From a virus, in IMG/VR virus record IMGVR_UViG_3300049003_000038, positions 1 through 37,157 of that record: a stretch of DNA of 37,157 nt, one strand, 5' to 3'. The translations under genes were made by a program, and so were the position numbers. The notes under the pieces are model-generated. The model saw only the letters and a program-made list of their open reading frames with translations. It made no database searches and was not told where the DNA came from. This document shows positions 14,908 through 23,313 of the stretch, piece by piece; the stretch's first letter is position 1; each line of letters begins with the position of its first letter.

Positions 14908-15339
14908 ATGGGTCTGATGAACGCGGCACGCACACGGGTCGGGGCCGCCGTGATCACCGGCACGCTGCTGGCGTTGGGCGGGGGAGTCGCTGCCACGGCC
15001 GCAGTGATGGCACCAGCCGATCCCGCACCGGTCACCGACGTGGTACCCACCGCGGAGCCGGCAGCGACCACGACCACTGCCGCGCCGGTTGAGCCCGCGC
15101 CGGCGGCGGTCATCGAGTCGCCGGTGGCTCCTGCCGTGGCTCCTCGGGTCGCCGACGCCACTGCTCCTCCCCCTGAGCCCGAGGCGACCTCGCAGCCCAC
15201 GGCCGACGGAGAGCTGCCTGAGGGCTGGCTGCCGCCGTCCGTCCCTGGCGGGCCACCGACTGCCCCGCCGCAGCCGCTGCCCCCGGCGCCGTGTATGCCC
15301 GGGGAGGGCGGCGAGCGCTGCGCTCAGACAGCCGGCTAG
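14908..15339 (+). CDS. Reverse-oriented secreted Pro/Ala/Thr-rich protein, 143 aa, with a signal peptide or N-terminal TM helix and a C-terminal Cys pair.
   Basis: ATG at 14908 with AGGGAG 7 nt upstream. RTRVGAAVITGTLLALGGGVAATAAVMA is followed by PADPAP... It has very few Arg residues, unlike antisense shadow ORFs. Confidence 0.6.
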   Translation: MGLMNAARTRVGAAVITGTLLALGGGVAATAAVMAPADPAPVTDVVPTAEPAATTTTAAPVEPAPAAVIESPVAPAVAPRVADATAPPPEPEATSQPTADGELPEGWLPPSVPGGPPTAPPQPLPPAPCMPGEGGERCAQTAG

Positions 15340-15384
15340 GCACGACTGAGCCCCTTCCCAGAAGGCAGGGACCGCGCGGACGAT

Positions 15385-15510
15385 TCACGACCGGTCCTGA
15401 GTTTCGGGCGGCGGCACGTCCACGGGGACGTCGTCCCAGGTCTGCCGCGGACCCGGCGCGGGAGGCAGCTCCGGCGGCGGGGCAACCGGCGGTGTCTCGG
15501 GTTCGGTCAT
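15385..15510 (-). CDS. Possible micro-protein, 41 aa, Pro-rich; not in the ORF track.
   Basis: MTEPETPPVAPPPELPPAPGPRQTWDDVPVDVPPPETQDRS. The ATG at 15508-15510 overlaps the stop of 15507..16259 (ATGA). Confidence 0.4.
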   Translation of the reverse strand: MTEPETPPVAPPPELPPAPGPRQTWDDVPVDVPPPETQDRS

Positions 15511-16259
15511 GACTGAACCCCCAACACTGACGTGGACGCGCACACGTTGCCGGTGCCGGCGGTGCGCTTGGCCTGGACCTTGATGCGGTGCGACGACATG
15601 TGGGCCCCCGGCACGGCGAAGGGGCCGATCACATGCACACCGACGGCGAAGGCGAGCGGCCCGGTGGTGCCGACTACGGCGTTGTCGACGAGGACCTGCA
15701 CCTCACCCGTCGTCCCGGACGTGTCGCAGCCGGCGTTGACGAGCGCGATCGCCTTCGGGTGCTGCCGGTAGAAGTCGCCGAGCTCGAGGTCGACGAAGCT
15801 CGCCGACGCGGTCTTGGGCATCTCGACGACGTTCGCCCGTTGCAGCCCGATGGGGACGTACGGCCGCGCCAGGCCGGTGCCCGAGTCGGTGTCGTCGGAC
15901 ACGATGATGTCGCCGGCCCGGTTGTAGATGGCCAGGAACTGTTGGAAGCCGTCCGGCGTGGACGGGTCCGGGGTCGGGTCGTAGAGGGCCATCGCCGTCG
16001 TGCCGTCCTGCCGGCTCACGATCAGACCCGGCTGGAGAGTCCCATCGGGCAAGGCCGGTGTGACGCCGCCGACGTACACCGTTGGCTTGGTCGTCAGCTT
16101 GTCGACGAACAGTTGCAGGAACCCGCCCTTGATGGTGATGCCGCCCTCGGTGATGGTGGCGTTGCGGAGGAACCCGGAGCGGGCGAACTGCGCGATCCGC
16201 TTGTCGACCTCCCGCAGGATCCGCTCGAGCAGGCCGGGCGGGGTCGGCGAGTTGCCCAT
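15507..16259 (-). CDS. Minor tail protein, 250 aa.
   Basis: Track ORF. The ATG overlaps the upstream stop by 1 nt (TGATG). It lies in the tail module. Confidence 0.8.
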   Translation of the reverse strand: MGNSPTPPGLLERILREVDKRIAQFARSGFLRNATITEGGITIKGGFLQLFVDKLTTKPTVYVGGVTPALPDGTLQPGLIVSRQDGTTAMALYDPTPDPSTPDGFQQFLAIYNRAGDIIVSDDTDSGTGLARPYVPIGLQRANVVEMPKTASASFVDLELGDFYRQHPKAIALVNAGCDTSGTTGEVQVLVDNAVVGTTGPLAFAVGVHVIGPFAVPGAHMSSHRIKVQAKRTAGTGNVCASTSVLGVQS

Positions 16260-17416
16260 CAGACGGCTCCCACTTCGTACATCTCCAACGTCACGTCACC
16301 GGACAGGTCCCCGGTCTTGCGTTCGACCCGCAGGAACGACTCCCCGTCGGGCAGCCACGCGTGTCCCTGGCGGTTGATGACCCGCGCGTAGTGGCCGGGC
16401 AGCACCCCGCGCGCGGCATCCGCGCGGACGATCACCTTCCACCGTTCGATCGGCCGCGCCGACCGGGTCACCAGGTCCTGCGCGTGGCCGTCCAAGGTGT
16501 CCTGCTCGGACACGCTGGAGTACGCCGACCCGGCGTCCACCTCGAGGAGCGGGTAGCCGTCGTCGACCTGGGTGGGGTCGTAGTCGGTGGCAATCAGGGT
16601 GCCTTCGGCCTGGCCTTCGCCGGTCACCCACGCCCGCTGGCCCATCACGGTCGCGTCCTCCTCGGTGGTCACGTTCACCACCTGCGAGTTGGGCACGGTG
16701 CGGTCGAAGTACCAGTCGTCGCCGGCCTGGGTGAGCAGCGGCGCGTCCTCGGTGCCCGCCTCGTACACCCATTCGATGCCGAGCTTGTCGCTGGTGTAGC
16801 GGGGCCGGAACCGGATGTCCGGGCCGTTCTCGCGGGTGGTGAGCTGCCGGAGCTGCTCGCCGAGCCAGGCCAGCTGGAACCCGGGCCACACCTCGGTGCG
16901 GGTGCCGGCCAGTGCGGCCGGCAGGATCAGTGGCAGGTCGCCGCCGACGTGGGCCATGGCCTGCATGAGCAGCACGATGCCGATGCCGGCCAGGTCGGTG
17001 CCGGTCGCCCCGAGGTTGGTGTCCTGCACTCGGCCGGAGTAGACCGCCGGCAGCACCTTGCGGTGGTCGAACAGCGACCACAGCCCCGCCGCGCCGAGGG
17101 TGAGCTGCTCGCTGGTGTCGTCCCAGCCGCGGTGCCAGATCGGTCCGGCTTCCTGGATCTCCCCGTCGACGTCGACGGCGAGGAACGTCTTCGCCGCCGG
17201 CGCGCTGTACCGCAGGTTCTTCGCGCGCACCTCGTGCTCTTCGACGGTGACGGAGTCGACGGCGCCGGCGTCGTTGAGCACCTGCGCCCACGAGCAGCCG
17301 GTGACGTCGAGGGCGTCGATGATGCGGCCGGTGCGCAGGTCCCCGTACAGCACGGTGGTGGTGGGCAGGACAACCCGTGGCCGGGTGCCGGCCAGCCAGG
17401 AAAGGAGTCCGGTCAC
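16259..17416 (-). CDS. Minor tail protein, 385 aa, in the Tal / baseplate-hub position.
   Basis: The GTG at 17414-17416 overlaps the stop of the Dit-like gene (GTGA). The upstream 282 codons of track ORF 16259..18262 are Arg/Gly/Pro junk that overlaps that gene. Confidence 0.8.
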   Translation of the reverse strand: MTGLLSWLAGTRPRVVLPTTTVLYGDLRTGRIIDALDVTGCSWAQVLNDAGAVDSVTVEEHEVRAKNLRYSAPAAKTFLAVDVDGEIQEAGPIWHRGWDDTSEQLTLGAAGLWSLFDHRKVLPAVYSGRVQDTNLGATGTDLAGIGIVLLMQAMAHVGGDLPLILPAALAGTRTEVWPGFQLAWLGEQLRQLTTRENGPDIRFRPRYTSDKLGIEWVYEAGTEDAPLLTQAGDDWYFDRTVPNSQVVNVTTEEDATVMGQRAWVTGEGQAEGTLIATDYDPTQVDDGYPLLEVDAGSAYSSVSEQDTLDGHAQDLVTRSARPIERWKVIVRADAARGVLPGHYARVINRQGHAWLPDGESFLRVERKTGDLSGDVTLEMYEVGAV

Positions 17417-18282
17417 CAGTAGGTGTCCACGACGGTGGCCTCCAGCAGCGCGGCAGGGTCGTAGACGCCGCCGAGGGACGTGAACTGCAGGGTGAGCTGG
17501 GTGGGGTTGCCGTCGGGGTCGGCGGGCGGCACCTGCATCCAGTCGGCGCGGGTCAGGTTGCCGCGGCGCGAGGCGGTGCCTTCCACCAGCACGCTGCCGT
17601 CGGCTGTGTTCATCAGCACGACCTGCCCGGCGGGCACCTGCACCGGGTAGGTGAGCGCCTGCCCGGCGGCGGACACCTCGAACCCGAGGTCCAGGCCGCC
17701 GCGGACGCCGAGGAGCAGCGACGCGGGCGCGGTGCCGTAGTTGCCGACCGTCACCTGCCCGGTGCCGCCGAGGGCGCCGAAGTCCAGGCCCACCCCGGGC
17801 GATCCGGAGAACAGCGGGAACACCAGCCCGCCGCCCGACGTCGGCAGCCCCGTGGACACGGTGCGGGTGTTCCCGTAGCGGCGCGGGTCGGTGCACCGCC
17901 ACTGCACCAGCCACCCGAACCGGCCCAACCCCCAGTCGCCGCGGACCACCATGGGACGCGCCAGCAGCAGCTGCGCGTACGCCGTCAGGGTGCGCCCCGC
18001 GACGGTGAGCTGCAGGGGCTCCTCGCCGCCGTCGAACGTCATCCGCCGCTGGAAGGCGAGCAGCTGCGCGTCCCGCTCCGCGGCCGTCCAGCACCAGCCC
18101 TCGACCTGCACCACACGCTCGTCGGAGAACACCTTCGACGGGTGCGCCCCATGGCCCTGGGTGCGGAGCTTCTTCTCGTACCGGGTCGGGGGGAGCTCCT
18201 CCCAGCCCTCCACGGTGCGGATCCGGTAGTCGGTGCCGGCCCCGAAGGCGAGGTCGCGCCACAGGCCGGAGGTGGGGTTCAT
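17413..18282 (-). CDS. Distal tail protein (Dit)-like minor tail protein, 289 aa.
   Basis: It lies immediately downstream of the tape measure gene. The ATG at 18280-18282 overlaps the TMP stop (ATGA). Confidence 0.8.
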   Translation of the reverse strand: MNPTSGLWRDLAFGAGTDYRIRTVEGWEELPPTRYEKKLRTQGHGAHPSKVFSDERVVQVEGWCWTAAERDAQLLAFQRRMTFDGGEEPLQLTVAGRTLTAYAQLLLARPMVVRGDWGLGRFGWLVQWRCTDPRRYGNTRTVSTGLPTSGGGLVFPLFSGSPGVGLDFGALGGTGQVTVGNYGTAPASLLLGVRGGLDLGFEVSAAGQALTYPVQVPAGQVVLMNTADGSVLVEGTASRRGNLTRADWMQVPPADPDGNPTQLTLQFTSLGGVYDPAALLEATVVDTYW

Positions 18283-20804
18283 GTCCACGGCCTGGTGCGG
18301 AGCGACACGTTCAGGGCGTCGGCGTTCTGCGCTGGGGTGCTGCCGTTCTGCGCGACGTAGTCACCTTCGATGTTCACCAGCGGCCCGCTCGTCCCGGCCG
18401 ACTGCCCGCCGGACGTGCTCGAGGCGGCGACCGTCATGCCGGCCGGTCGGCGGGCGGTCAGCCCGGCCATCGCCTGCGCGTTGGCCATGCCCGACAGGTC
18501 GGGGGCGGTCACGGCCATGGCGCCGGTGATCGCCGCCGCCGCCCGCTCGGCCGCGGACACGGCGGTCTTCGCCTCTGCGTCGATGCCGCCGGCCATGCCC
18601 AGCATCAGGAAGCGGCCCATCTCGGCGAACACGGTCGACGGGGACTTGATGCCGAGCATGGACCGCACCCAGCCGGGCAGCAGGTTCCCGAAGAACGCCC
18701 CGACCTTGCCCAGCAGCCACGAGGTGGCGCCGGAGATGCCGTTCCACAGCCCCTCGAGCAGGTTCTTGCCGACGTTGAGCAGCAGCGACCCGATGTTGCC
18801 GAGGACGCCGAGGATGCGGCCGGGCAGGCTGCCCACGAACGAGATGGCGTTCGAGACGCCGTTGGAGATGGCCCCGGTGACGGCGTCCCAGGCGGCGACC
18901 GTGGCCGACCGGACCCAGTTCCAGGCGGCCTGAATGGCGCCCGACACGGCGGACACTGCCCCCGACACGATGCCCTTGATCCACTCCCACGCGGCGGACA
19001 GGGCCCCGGTGACGGCGTTCCACGCGGTTTTCGTCCAGGAGACGACGGTGTCCCAGTTGGCGACGATCAGCGCGACGAGGCCGATGACGGCGGCGATGAC
19101 CCAGCCGACCGGGCCGAGCGCGATGAACCAGGCGGCGGCCATGCGGGCGGCCTGGATGAGGGACTGCACGCCCATCAGCACCCAGCCGGCCACCACGCGG
19201 GCGACCTGCACACCGAAGGACACCGCCCCGGACGCGGCGGAGGCGACGACCTGCGCCGTCCACACCGCGGCCACCTTGACGCCCTGCGCGGCCGCCTGGG
19301 CGCCCATCAGCACCCACCCGGCGACCACCTTCGCCACCTGCACAGCGAACGACACGGCGCCGGTGACCGCGGACGCCACGATCTGCGCAGTCCAGACGGC
19401 GGCGACCTTCACGCCCTGGATGACCGCCTGCGCGCCGAGCAGCACCCAGGAGGCGATCATCTTCACGATCTGCGCGGAGTGCACCGCGGCGGCCTGGATC
19501 GCGCCGATCTGCGAGTAGACCCACATGGCGGCCGTGGTGGCCCCCGTGAGGGTGGCCTGCGCGGCGAGGGCGATCAGGTGCGGCAGGAAGACGGCGGCGA
19601 TGATGCCGGCCACGATCAGCAGCGGTGTGCGGTTGTTCTCCATCCACTGCGCCGCGCCCTTCAGGGCGGGGATCAGCGTGTCCGACAGGAACCCGCCGAC
19701 CGCCGTCACCGCCGGGCCGAACGCCGTGGTCAGCACCCCGACGACGGTGGAAATGACCGGCACCACCTGATTGCCCAGGATGTTCACGAACGTGGTGATC
19801 GCGGCCCGCTTGAACGACTCCACCCGCGTCGAGGCGTTGTCGTTCATCGTCTTGCCGACCTGGTCGACCGCCCCGGCGACCTTCCCCATTGCCGCGACCG
19901 CCGTCTCCGGGTGCAGCGCGTACAGGGCCTTGCCCATGTCCTCGGCCTGGGTGCCGAACAGGCCGACGGCCAGCTGCGCCTGCTGCGCGGGGTCCTTCAC
20001 CGCCCGCAGCTTGTCCAGGGTCATCGCCAGCGCCGCCGACGCGGCGGGGCCGCCCTGCGCGATCTGCTCAGACATGGTCTTCGCGTTCAGCCCGATGCCC
20101 TTGAACGACTGCGCGGTCAGCGTCGACCCGTCGACCGCCCTGATGGAGAACTCCTTGATGGAGTCTGCGACGATGTCGGAGTCGCGGGCGCCCGCCTTCA
20201 GGCCCTGCGAGATCAGGCCCATCGCGGTCGTGCCGTCCAGGCCGAGCTTGCGGAACTGGGTGCCGTACTCGTTGACCGTGTCGAGGAGGTCCCCGGCCTT
20301 GTCGTTGCCCTGCTGAAAGCCGCGGGTGAGGATGTCGGTCGCCTCGGCGGCGTTCTTCGCCAGGCCGGTGCGCAGCATCTGCGACACGGCGTTCGTCGCC
20401 CCACCCAGGTCCAGGTCGAACGCGCTCGACAGGGTCATCACCTTGCCGGTGATCGACTGGATCTGCGCGTTCGTGGCGTCCTCGGGCAGCAGCCCGTTCT
20501 GCAGCACATGCTTCAGCGCGTCGTCGACCGCGCCCAGCGATTCGCCGTAGTTGGAGGCGTACAGGCGGCCGGCGATCTTCCCCAGGTCCCCGGCGTACTT
20601 GCCGGTCGCCCCCAGCTGCGCGGCCAGCTTGTCGTTGACCTTCTCGTTGTCCATCGACTGCATCAGCGCGGCGCCGATCGCCAGCCCGCCGCCGAGCTTG
20701 GCGGCCATCCCCGCCACCTTGCCGGGGATGCCGCCCAGCGACTTGTCCAGCCCGGACTCGTCCACCTGGTACATGGCGAGCAGCTCGGCTGCCTTGAGGC
20801 CCAT
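18279..20804 (-). CDS. Tape measure protein, 841 aa.
   Basis: It is the largest gene, follows the G/G-T chaperones, and has a long Ala/Val/Gly-rich hydrophobic core with internal repeats. Confidence 0.92.
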   Translation of the reverse strand: MGLKAAELLAMYQVDESGLDKSLGGIPGKVAGMAAKLGGGLAIGAALMQSMDNEKVNDKLAAQLGATGKYAGDLGKIAGRLYASNYGESLGAVDDALKHVLQNGLLPEDATNAQIQSITGKVMTLSSAFDLDLGGATNAVSQMLRTGLAKNAAEATDILTRGFQQGNDKAGDLLDTVNEYGTQFRKLGLDGTTAMGLISQGLKAGARDSDIVADSIKEFSIRAVDGSTLTAQSFKGIGLNAKTMSEQIAQGGPAASAALAMTLDKLRAVKDPAQQAQLAVGLFGTQAEDMGKALYALHPETAVAAMGKVAGAVDQVGKTMNDNASTRVESFKRAAITTFVNILGNQVVPVISTVVGVLTTAFGPAVTAVGGFLSDTLIPALKGAAQWMENNRTPLLIVAGIIAAVFLPHLIALAAQATLTGATTAAMWVYSQIGAIQAAAVHSAQIVKMIASWVLLGAQAVIQGVKVAAVWTAQIVASAVTGAVSFAVQVAKVVAGWVLMGAQAAAQGVKVAAVWTAQVVASAASGAVSFGVQVARVVAGWVLMGVQSLIQAARMAAAWFIALGPVGWVIAAVIGLVALIVANWDTVVSWTKTAWNAVTGALSAAWEWIKGIVSGAVSAVSGAIQAAWNWVRSATVAAWDAVTGAISNGVSNAISFVGSLPGRILGVLGNIGSLLLNVGKNLLEGLWNGISGATSWLLGKVGAFFGNLLPGWVRSMLGIKSPSTVFAEMGRFLMLGMAGGIDAEAKTAVSAAERAAAAITGAMAVTAPDLSGMANAQAMAGLTARRPAGMTVAASSTSGGQSAGTSGPLVNIEGDYVAQNGSTPAQNADALNVSLRTRPWT
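19170..19510 (-). repeat. 132-bp (44-aa) tandem repeat, about 2.5 copies, inside the tape measure gene.
   Basis: Units begin at 19170, 19302 and 19434 (gcccatcagcaccca / gccgagcagcaccca). Protein units: WVLMGAQAAAQGVKVAAVWTAQVVASAASGAVSFGVQVARVVAG and similar. Confidence 0.85.
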
Positions 20805-21459
20805 CAGGTGCCCCGCGCGAAGAAGGCGTCGACGGAGTCGGCGTCATCGATGGTGACCTCGGACGGGCGGCGGGACCGCTCACCAGTCTCCGGGTCCGCC
20901 GGGTACAGGGCGTGTGACCACGCCGAGTCGGTGGACAGGCCCCCGATCTTCACCAGGAACCACCTCCACGTCCGTCTGCGCAGCTCCCGCTGCAAATCTG
21001 CGATCCCGTACTCGCGGTGGAAGTCCGCCTCGAGCGCCGCCCAGTGGGTCAGGACTTCCCGGACGCCGAGCGCTTCGTCTTCTTGGCCGCCCGCCGGGTC
21101 GCCCGGTTGGCGGCCTGCGCTTCCCCCGGGTCCTGCCCCCGGTAGGTGGCGGTCAGGTGCCGGTTGAGGTCCATCAGCCGCTTGTAGGGCAGCCCAGCGG
21201 CCAGCCAGGCGTCCACGTTGGCGTCGCCGGCGAGGGACCGGAGGATCGACTCCGGCGACAGGCTGTCGTCGATGACCATGTCGGCGGGCACGTCGCCGGT
21301 GGCGACGGTGAGCAGCAGCCGGTCCAGGCGCAGCAGCAGCGCCGCCGGCACCTCCGACGGCCGCTTGCACGCCCACTCCTGCCCGAGCACCTTGACGACG
21401 ATCGGCTCGTCGTCGTCGTCGGCCCACGCGGCGTCGAAGTCGTGGAACTGATCGACCAC
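20804..21459 (-). CDS. Tail assembly chaperone G-T fusion made by a programmed -1 frameshift at 21124..21130.
   Basis: The -1 frame is open from above the slip site to 20804 and encodes protein-like sequence (...THWAALEADFHREYGIADLQRELRRRTWRWFLVKIGGL...). This is the classical arrangement. Confidence 0.6.
21049..21459 (-). CDS. Tail assembly chaperone (gpG analogue), 136 aa.
   Basis: It lies between the major tail protein and the tape measure. GTG start at 21457-21459. VVDQFHDFDAAWADDDDEPIVV... Confidence 0.8.
   Translation of the reverse strand: MVDQFHDFDAAWADDDDEPIVVKVLGQEWACKRPSEVPAALLLRLDRLLLTVATGDVPADMVIDDSLSPESILRSLAGDANVDAWLAAGLPYKRLMDLNRHLTATYRGQDPGEAQAANRATRRAAKKTKRSASGKS
21124..21130 (-). 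other. Slippery heptamer C CCG GGG (X XXY YYZ) in the G frame.
   Basis: The frame was checked by coordinate arithmetic. G codons gac|ccg|ggg|gaa become ccc|ggg|gga in the T frame. Confidence 0.55.
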
Positions 21460-21461
21460 GG

Positions 21462-21914
21462 TCAGGCGGCCGGGGTGTAGACGGGCTTGCCGGAGACGGT
21501 GAGCTCCGCGGAGAACTTCGAGTTGTCGTTGAGACCGCCACCGGCGGGGGCGGACACCTTCGCCGACACCTGGTAGACGGTGACGTTCCCGCCGGGGGTG
21601 GTGACCCGGTACGGCTTCAGCGAGTCGTAGCCGACCGCGTCGGCCAGGGCGATGAGGGCCTCCTGGCCGGCGTCCCGGGCCCCGGTGACCGGGTCCTCCT
21701 TGTAGAAGCCGTCCAGCTTGATGGAGCTGGCGCGGGAGGCGACCTTGTGCTCTTCCCAGCCGTCGGAGTCGAAGTCGGTGTCGTCGACGTCCTTCTTGCT
21801 GGTGTCGAACGTCTGGCTGGTGAGCCCGCCGATCGGCGTCCACACCGGCAGGGCGGTGGTGCCCGTGTTGAGCTCGCCGACGAGGTGCCGGGCGAGGATC
21901 TTGACCTTGGCCAC
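21462..21914 (-). CDS. Major tail protein, 150 aa.
   Basis: It lies immediately upstream of the chaperones. (V)AKVKILARHLVGELNTGTTALPVWTPIGGLTSQTFDTSKKDVDDTDFDSDGWEE... Confidence 0.8.
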   Translation of the reverse strand: MAKVKILARHLVGELNTGTTALPVWTPIGGLTSQTFDTSKKDVDDTDFDSDGWEEHKVASRASSIKLDGFYKEDPVTGARDAGQEALIALADAVGYDSLKPYRVTTPGGNVTVYQVSAKVSAPAGGGLNDNSKFSAELTVSGKPVYTPAA

Positions 21915-22015
21915 GTTGGCCGCCTTCCGCGCTGGGGTGGGAGTTCCCCGTCAGCGTCGGTCGCGCGGTGTCAGCGGCCGTCCGGGGATGTCACCTGGCG
22001 GGGCAGGATGGGCAC

Positions 22016-22222
22016 GTGGACATCACCTTCAGCACCTCTGTCCAGGAGAAGCTCCGGTACGACATGGACGAGGGCCGGCTCATCACCGAGTCCTATCCCG
22101 ATGGCGTCGTTCGTCAGGCGATCGAGATCCGGAAGGGACTCGAAGACGCCCTCGTCCTGGAGGCTGTCGTGATCGAGCTCCGCCGCCGCGGATACACCGT
22201 GATTGCACCCGAGGGCGCCTGA
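22016..22222 (+). CDS. Reverse-oriented small acidic protein, 68 aa, of unknown function. The longest version starts at the GTG at 21968.
   Basis: VDITFSTSVQEKLRYDMDEGRLITESYPDGVVRQAIEIRKGLEDALVLEAVVIELRRRGYTVIAPEGA. GC3 is high in this frame and AGGATGGG lies upstream of the GTG at 22016. Confidence 0.55.
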   Translation: MDITFSTSVQEKLRYDMDEGRLITESYPDGVVRQAIEIRKGLEDALVLEAVVIELRRRGYTVIAPEGA

Positions 22223-22223
22223 G

Positions 22224-22673
22224 CTACTCCCCGCGCAGCGCGGTCGGCCGGAACACCTCGAGGCGGAACGGCACCGACCACCTCGGCCGGTCGTCGGGGT
22301 CGTCGCCGATGTTCGTCGGCTCCGACTGCGTCGCCAGGCACTGCACGATGTACGTCTCGTCGTCGGTGCCCTCGGCGATCGTCACCCCCGCGAGACCGTG
22401 CAGCGCGTCCCGGATCGCCTGCGCCCGCCCGTACCCCGCCCGGGCCCGCCCGGGCGTCGTCGGGTTCGTCCTGTCCCCGCGGATGAGGAACTGCACGGCC
22501 GGCTCGTCGTAGCCGTGCCCGCCGTCGGTCTCCGCCCCACCCGGCCGGGCGAACGCGGCCACCGCGGCCACCGGCTTGTCCGGCAGGTCCTCCAGGAACG
22601 CGTCCGTGCCCGGTGTTCCGTAGGTGACGATCCCCAGGCTGTGCAAATAGGTGAGGAGGGCGGAGGTGATCAC
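22224..22673 (-). CDS. Tail terminator / tail completion protein, 149 aa.
   Basis: It is the last connector gene before the major tail protein. The GTG overlaps the upstream stop (GTGA). Confidence 0.7.
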   Translation of the reverse strand: MITSALLTYLHSLGIVTYGTPGTDAFLEDLPDKPVAAVAAFARPGGAETDGGHGYDEPAVQFLIRGDRTNPTTPGRARAGYGRAQAIRDALHGLAGVTIAEGTDDETYIVQCLATQSEPTNIGDDPDDRPRWSVPFRLEVFRPTALRGE

Positions 22674-23005
22674 GCGCCCGCCACCTTCGACTGCAGGTAC
22701 TCGGTGTGCCGGGCCCGGTTCTGCTCGACGGTGTCCTCGAGGAAATGGTCCTTGCGGCCGGCGTCGTGGTGCAGGGTCGGGTCCTCGTGCTGCCGGACGG
22801 CGTACGGGGTGTCGAACGCGACCTGCGCGACCAGGTTCGCCCGGTCGACCTCGGTGAACCCGGACCGGATGAGGGTGGCCTCCTCGATGGGGGTGACCTG
22901 GATGGTTTCCCGCAGGTCGTCCTCCACGATGTCGGCGAGCGCGTCGGCGGCGGCGTCGTGCATGGCGCGGGTGACGTCGGCGTTCAGCTTCACGGTGAGC
23001 TTCAC
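22670..23005 (-). CDS. HK97 gp10-like head-tail adaptor / neck protein, 111 aa.
   Basis: TPIEEATLIRSGF...VAFDTPYAVRQHED...KDHFLEDTV resembles the gp10 family pattern. The GTG overlaps the upstream stop (GTGA). Confidence 0.7.
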   Translation of the reverse strand: MKLTVKLNADVTRAMHDAAADALADIVEDDLRETIQVTPIEEATLIRSGFTEVDRANLVAQVAFDTPYAVRQHEDPTLHHDAGRKDHFLEDTVEQNRARHTEYLQSKVAGA

Positions 23006-23313
23006 GAGATGAGCACCGTCCGCCCGGCCAGCTTCGCCCCAGCCCCCCACAGGGGGGTGACCCCGACGACGGTCCGCTTGTCGTCGTCCACGGTGACCAG
23101 GGCCCCGACGGCGACCGTGGTCTCGGGCCGGACGAGCAGGGTGCCGACGATCGTGATGTCCTCCCCGTCGGGCGTGCGCACCAGCTGCGTGCGCCAGTCC
23201 ACCCGGCAGCGGATCCGCCGCGGCGCCGCGTAGCCGGGCCCGTCGCCCAGGTCCTCGGTGCGGTCCTCCACGGTGACGTGCTGCCGCAGCAGCTGGGAGG
23301 GGACCTTCACCAT
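23002..23313 (-). CDS. Head closure / head-tail joining protein, 103 aa.
   Basis: Assigned by position. The start is the ATG at 23311-23313 or the GTG at 23308-23310, both overlapping the upstream stop. Confidence 0.65.
   Translation of the reverse strand: MVKVPSQLLRQHVTVEDRTEDLGDGPGYAAPRRIRCRVDWRTQLVRTPDGEDITIVGTLLVRPETTVAVGALVTVDDDKRTVVGVTPLWGAGAKLAGRTVLIS

Noticed and set aside
14742-15200. The minus-strand 152-aa ORF opposite the secreted Pro/Ala-rich gene.
   Set aside because: It has Gly/Ala/Thr/Ser low-complexity composition and no Shine-Dalgarno or coupling to neighbours. The plus-strand frame has the Shine-Dalgarno and the signal peptide.
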